From contig CAMRBL010000001.1 in NCBI GenBank assembly GCA_947040435.1, positions 8,440 to 72,439 of the forward strand: DNA of 64,000 nt, given 5' to 3'. The position numbers were made by a program, and so were the translations under genes. Numbering within the stretch: the stretch's first letter is position 1; each line of letters starts with the position of its first letter. Origin of the DNA: an uncultured Rikenellaceae bacterium. GTDB taxonomy: Bacteria > Bacteroidota > Bacteroidia > Bacteroidales > Rikenellaceae. The notes beneath the pieces are model-generated. The model made no database searches, was not told where the DNA came from, and saw nothing but the letters and a program-made list of their open reading frames with translations. Shown piece after piece: positions 60,451-64,000 of this stretch.

Positions 60451-61497
60451 CTATTTAAGTACTTTAACTTTTTCACCCTCACTGAGTCTGTACACTCCAG
60501 CAGATACAACCTCTGTATCTGGAGCAAGACCACTCTTCACCGTCACCATATCACTTCCAAATATATCTCCAAGTTCTACACTCTGCGTACGCACAACACC
60601 ATCGGCATCGCATACCCAAACCATAGTACCTCCCGCTGCGGGAGAATATATAGCATTCACTGGAACAGCAGTCATACCCTCTCTACTTTTATTCTCAATT
60701 TTCATATTGATATTACACGACATCCCTGGTGTTATTTTGTACTTACCATTATTAACTCTTGAGTCATCAAGTATAATAGTAACAGGAATTCCTGTCGCAT
60801 CAGAAGAGGAGGATACATACTCATGCAGATATGCAGAGAATAGAACATCAGGATAGTTGTCAAATGCAACAGACAGTTTCATATCAGGCAGTGACAATAG
60901 AGACAATGAGTTGTCAGGCATTGTGAACCTCACTTTTGCAGTGCGAGGAGAGACCAATCTCACAACTGGCTCTCCAGCCGTTGCTCGTTGGTAGTTATTC
61001 ATATATGTTTTCTCAATATTCCCAGAGAATGGTGCGTATAGTCTGGTATCCTCCAGCGCACCTTGGGCATTTTCGAATGCCGATTTACTCTCCTCGTATT
61101 GAGTTTGAGCGATTTCGAAATCTTGTGTAGATACTGCTTGGTGTTTCAAAAGTCTCCCCATGCGCTCAAAGCGAGCCTTTGCACTCACCATCACTGAGCG
61201 TGCAGCATCCTCCTTATACTGAAAATCACGAGGATCTAAACGTGCAATTAGAAAACCTTTATCGACACTCCTACCATCCTCAATATCGAGAAGAATGAGT
61301 TGCCCTGAGACCCTAAATGCAAGCTCTGCAATCTCTTCGGCAACAGACATCCCAGCAAAATCTTTATTTATCCTACCTAAAGATTCTGTTTTATACAGCT
61401 TAACGGGTCTTACACTATCAGTCTTAGTGGGTGTAGTAGAGCAACCATATATAAGCAATAGTGAAAACAATAATATAGATAATACATTTTTAAACAT
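60451..61497 (-). CDS. RND efflux periplasmic adaptor (membrane fusion protein), lipoprotein
   Basis: Lipobox (LLIYGC), coiled-coil hairpin and beta-barrel domains (…LDPRDFQYKEDAA…RLYAPFSGNIE…). Confidence 0.85.
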   Translation of the reverse strand: MFKNVLSILLFSLLLIYGCSTTPTKTDSVRPVKLYKTESLGRINKDFAGMSVAEEIAELAFRVSGQLILLDIEDGRSVDKGFLIARLDPRDFQYKEDAARSVMVSAKARFERMGRLLKHQAVSTQDFEIAQTQYEESKSAFENAQGALEDTRLYAPFSGNIEKTYMNNYQRATAGEPVVRLVSPRTAKVRFTMPDNSLSLLSLPDMKLSVAFDNYPDVLFSAYLHEYVSSSSDATGIPVTIILDDSRVNNGKYKITPGMSCNINMKIENKSREGMTAVPVNAIYSPAAGGTMVWVCDADGVVRTQSVELGDIFGSDMVTVKSGLAPDTEVVSAGVYRLSEGEKVKVLK

Positions 61498-61668
61498 ATG
61501 CGATAATAATTAGACGTATAGGTTATAAATACAAAATATGACTTGCAGTTATGACGTCAAGAATCATACCACAAATCATATTTTATATTGATGTAAAACT
61601 ATATTTTTTGAACTACCCCACTTTATCAATAGTGCACTACACTATCAGAGGTGGTGTTATATTCAACC

Positions 61669-62520
61669 TTAGTAAGCCTTTAAGCTCATATCCAAACTTT
61701 TAATCTGGTGAGTAAGTGCACCTACCGATATATAATCTACTCCGCACACAGCATACTCTCTTAATGTATCAAAAGTGATACCACCCGAAGATTCGACCTC
61801 AGTCGCTCCATCTATCTTAGCCACGGCTACTTTTGTCATCTCTGGCGTAAAGTTATCAAGCATAATTCTATCAACACCACCCAAAGCCAACACCTCGTCA
61901 ATATCTGACATTGTTCTCACTTCAACCTCAATCTTAATAGCCTTACCCTTCTCACTAAGATACTCCTTAACTCTAGTTATAGCCGCAGTCACTCCACCCG
62001 CGAAATCAATATGGTTATCCTTAATAAGGATCATATCAAACAGCCCCATACGATGGTTCTCACCACCACCTAGTTTCACTGCCATTTTATCTAAAACCCT
62101 CATTCCTGGAGTCGTCTTTCTTGTATCTAGCACCTTACACTTCAACCCCTTTAACTCATCTACATATACAGCCGTTTGTGTTGCGACTCCACTCATACGC
62201 TGCATAATATTCAGCAATATGCGCTCCGACTGCAATAGAGTAATGGTTCTCCCCTGAACATAGAACGCAACATCTCCAACAGAGACTCTATCTCCGTCAT
62301 TAATCAACTGTTCAAAAATAATATCAGCATCTAGTCTCAGCAAGACTATCTTTGCAATTTCAATACCTGCAATGATACCATCTTGCTTCACAAGTAATTT
62401 CATTCTACCATGACTATCAGCAGGTATCGTACTTAATGATGTGTGATCACCATCTCCAATATCTTCTCTAATTGCTAACTCTATTAGTTCGTTAACAAAA
62501 GGTACGTATTCTCTCTCCAT
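61669..62520 (-). CDS. nadC: Nicotinate-nucleotide diphosphorylase (carboxylating)
   Basis: …LDTRKTTPG.R…K.AV..GGG.NHR.GL.D..LIKDNH… signature. Confidence 0.9.
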   Translation of the reverse strand: MEREYVPFVNELIELAIREDIGDGDHTSLSTIPADSHGRMKLLVKQDGIIAGIEIAKIVLLRLDADIIFEQLINDGDRVSVGDVAFYVQGRTITLLQSERILLNIMQRMSGVATQTAVYVDELKGLKCKVLDTRKTTPGMRVLDKMAVKLGGGENHRMGLFDMILIKDNHIDFAGGVTAAITRVKEYLSEKGKAIKIEVEVRTMSDIDEVLALGGVDRIMLDNFTPEMTKVAVAKIDGATEVESSGGITFDTLREYAVCGVDYISVGALTHQIKSLDMSLKAY

Positions 62521-62576
62521 TTTTATATTATTTAAAAAATATTAGTTTACTTATCTATTAATTAGGTAAAAAATTA

Positions 62577-62584
62577 TAACTTTG
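62577..62584 (+). promoter_or_regulatory. -7 box TAACTTTG upstream of ilvD
   Basis: TAnnTTTG match about 170 nt upstream of the ilvD ATG. Confidence 0.3.
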
Positions 62585-62756
62585 TAAGTGAAAGCGACTA
62601 AGCATGTATTGCAATTTGTTACTTAAATAACATTAAACATGGTTATTTTCACAAAAAACTTATATACTAACTATGGAATTACACTAAAGGCCATAATTTA
62701 CACACAGTTTATAAGTATTAAACCAACTACAAACAGGGTCAAATATACAAAAAAAA

Positions 62757-64000
62757 ATGAGAGTACTCAAAAGTAATACATCAACACAAGGTAGAAAAAT
62801 GGCAGGGGCACGAACATTATGGCGTGCAAATGGTATGAAGAGTGAGCATATGGGGAGACCCGTAATTGCTATTGTGAATTCATTTTCTCAATTTGTTCCA
62901 GGTCATGTACACCTACACAACATAGGTCAACAGATCAAGGCAAGAATTGAAGAGCTGGGTTGCTTTGCAGCAGAATTTAATACGATAGCAATTGACGATG
63001 GAATCGCTATGGGTCATAGCGGAATGCTCTATTCACTCCCTTCAAGAGATATTATTGCCGATAGTGTTGAGTATGTAGTTAATGCTCACTGTGCCGATGC
63101 AATGATATGTATCTCAAACTGCGATAAAATAACTCCTGGAATGTTAATGGCTTCAATGCGCCTAAATATTCCATCTGTATTTGTATCAGGAGGAGCTATG
63201 GAGGCAGGTTTGGTTGATGGTAAGTATATGGACCTTGTAGATGCAATGGTCAAAGGTGCAGACGACACTACTCCAGACGATGAGTTAGAGAGAGTTGAAG
63301 CTGGAGCTTGCCCTACGTGTGGAAGTTGCTCTGGAATGTTCACTGCAAACTCAATGAACTGCTTAACAGAGGCTCTTGGTCTATCCCTTCCAGGAAATGG
63401 AACTGTACTTGCAACACACGCTGAGAGAGAGTCGATGTTTATGAAAGCGGCTGATCTTATCGTAAGAAATGCAAATGACCACTACTTTAATGATAATGAC
63501 AATATTCTTCCCCGCTCAATAGCGACAAAAGAGGCATTTATGAATGCAATGTCACTAGATATTACTATGGGTGGATCGACAAATACAGTACTCCATCTAT
63601 TAGCAATAGCACACGAGGCAGAGGTTGACTTCACAATGAATGATATTGACAATCTTTCACGAAAAATTCCAGTATTGTGTAAAGTTGCTCCAAGCAGCTC
63701 ATACCACATTCAGGATATTAATCGTGCAGGGGGAATTCTCTCTATATTAGGAGAACTTGACAAGATAGGATTATTAGATACAACAGCATATAGAGTCGAT
63801 TATCCGACACTAAAAGCGGCAATAGAAGATAATGACATACTAAATCCAGCTGTCTCACAAGAGGCTATCACGAGAGCACATGCTGCTCCTGGAGGAGTAT
63901 TCAATCTAGTACTAGGGTCACAAAATAACCAATACAAGGAGCTAGACACTGATCGTGAGCAAGGATGTATCCGCTCAGCAGAATATGCATACTCTAAAGA
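62757..64000 (+). CDS. ilvD: Dihydroxy-acid dehydratase, 3'-truncated by the window edge (absent from the ORF track)
   Basis: Hand translation from the ATG at 62757: [28 protein letters not shown]…[19 protein letters not shown]…[20 protein letters not shown]…[15 protein letters not shown]…VSGGAMEAG… The frame stays open to the end of the window. Confidence 0.9.
   Translation, partial: MRVLKSNTSTQGRKMAGARTLWRANGMKSEHMGRPVIAIVNSFSQFVPGHVHLHNIGQQIKARIEELGCFAAEFNTIAIDDGIAMGHSGMLYSLPSRDIIADSVEYVVNAHCADAMICISNCDKITPGMLMASMRLNIPSVFVSGGAMEAGLVDGKYMDLVDAMVKGADDTTPDDELERVEAGACPTCGSCSGMFTANSMNCLTEALGLSLPGNGTVLATHAERESMFMKAADLIVRNANDHYFNDNDNILPRSIATKEAFMNAMSLDITMGGSTNTVLHLLAIAHEAEVDFTMNDIDNLSRKIPVLCKVAPSSSYHIQDINRAGGILSILGELDKIGLLDTTAYRVDYPTLKAAIEDNDILNPAVSQEAITRAHAAPGGVFNLVLGSQNNQYKELDTDREQGCIRSAEYAYSK

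Noticed and set aside
62591-62756. Possible branched-chain amino-acid leader peptide upstream of ilvD (small ORFs MYCNLLLK at about 62614 and MVIFTKNLYTNYGITLKAIIY... at about 62639).
   Set aside because: Neither ORF has a concentrated Ile/Leu/Val codon run. I see no GC-rich hairpin followed by a T-tract between the putative promoter and the ilvD ATG. The long 5' region remains unexplained, but an attenuator call is not supported.
1-64000. Scan for tRNA, rRNA, integrase or transposase genes, prophage genes, toxin-antitoxin pairs, restriction-modification or other defence modules.
   Set aside because: None was recognised in any frame. Gene content is continuous housekeeping or core genes, with no obvious island boundaries.

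Overview
AT-rich chromosomal segment that reads as core genome of a member of the Bacteroidota. Supporting content: a DUF4271 / HemD-like / rnpA / yidD block, a GldH-like lipoprotein beside a PSP1 gene, OmpH/Skp, LptF/G, and TAnnTTTG -7 boxes in front of many genes. About 60 protein genes are supported, mostly housekeeping: uvrA, sufBCDS, tmk, ruvA, trkH, mtaB, ribBA, fmt, an aromatic amino-acid operon, an RND efflux operon, nadC, and a 3'-truncated ilvD that is missing from the ORF track. I found no rRNA, tRNA, CRISPR array, transposase, integrase or recognisable defence system, and no convincing novel multi-gene system. The signals worth a second look are non-coding or single-gene. (1) A 27-codon Phe/Tyr-rich leader ORF with its own promoter and an intrinsic terminator lies directly upstream of pheA, which is a classic attenuator layout. 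(2) A 136-bp segment bounded by 22-bp inverted repeats, carrying a promoter-like box, lies upstream of two tandem META-domain lipoprotein genes; it could be an inverton or a MITE. (3) A family of long palindromic intergenic elements occurs at five or more loci, always just 3' of genes. (4) A 62-63 bp tandem array that appears derived from that family sits between fmt and an atypical kinase gene. (5) That gene encodes a soluble Hanks-like kinase fused to WG repeats. (6) A 4-helix-bundle/HAMP-only membrane protein sits where trkA would be expected next to trkH. All functional calls come from reading the translations and sequence by eye; no database search was run.
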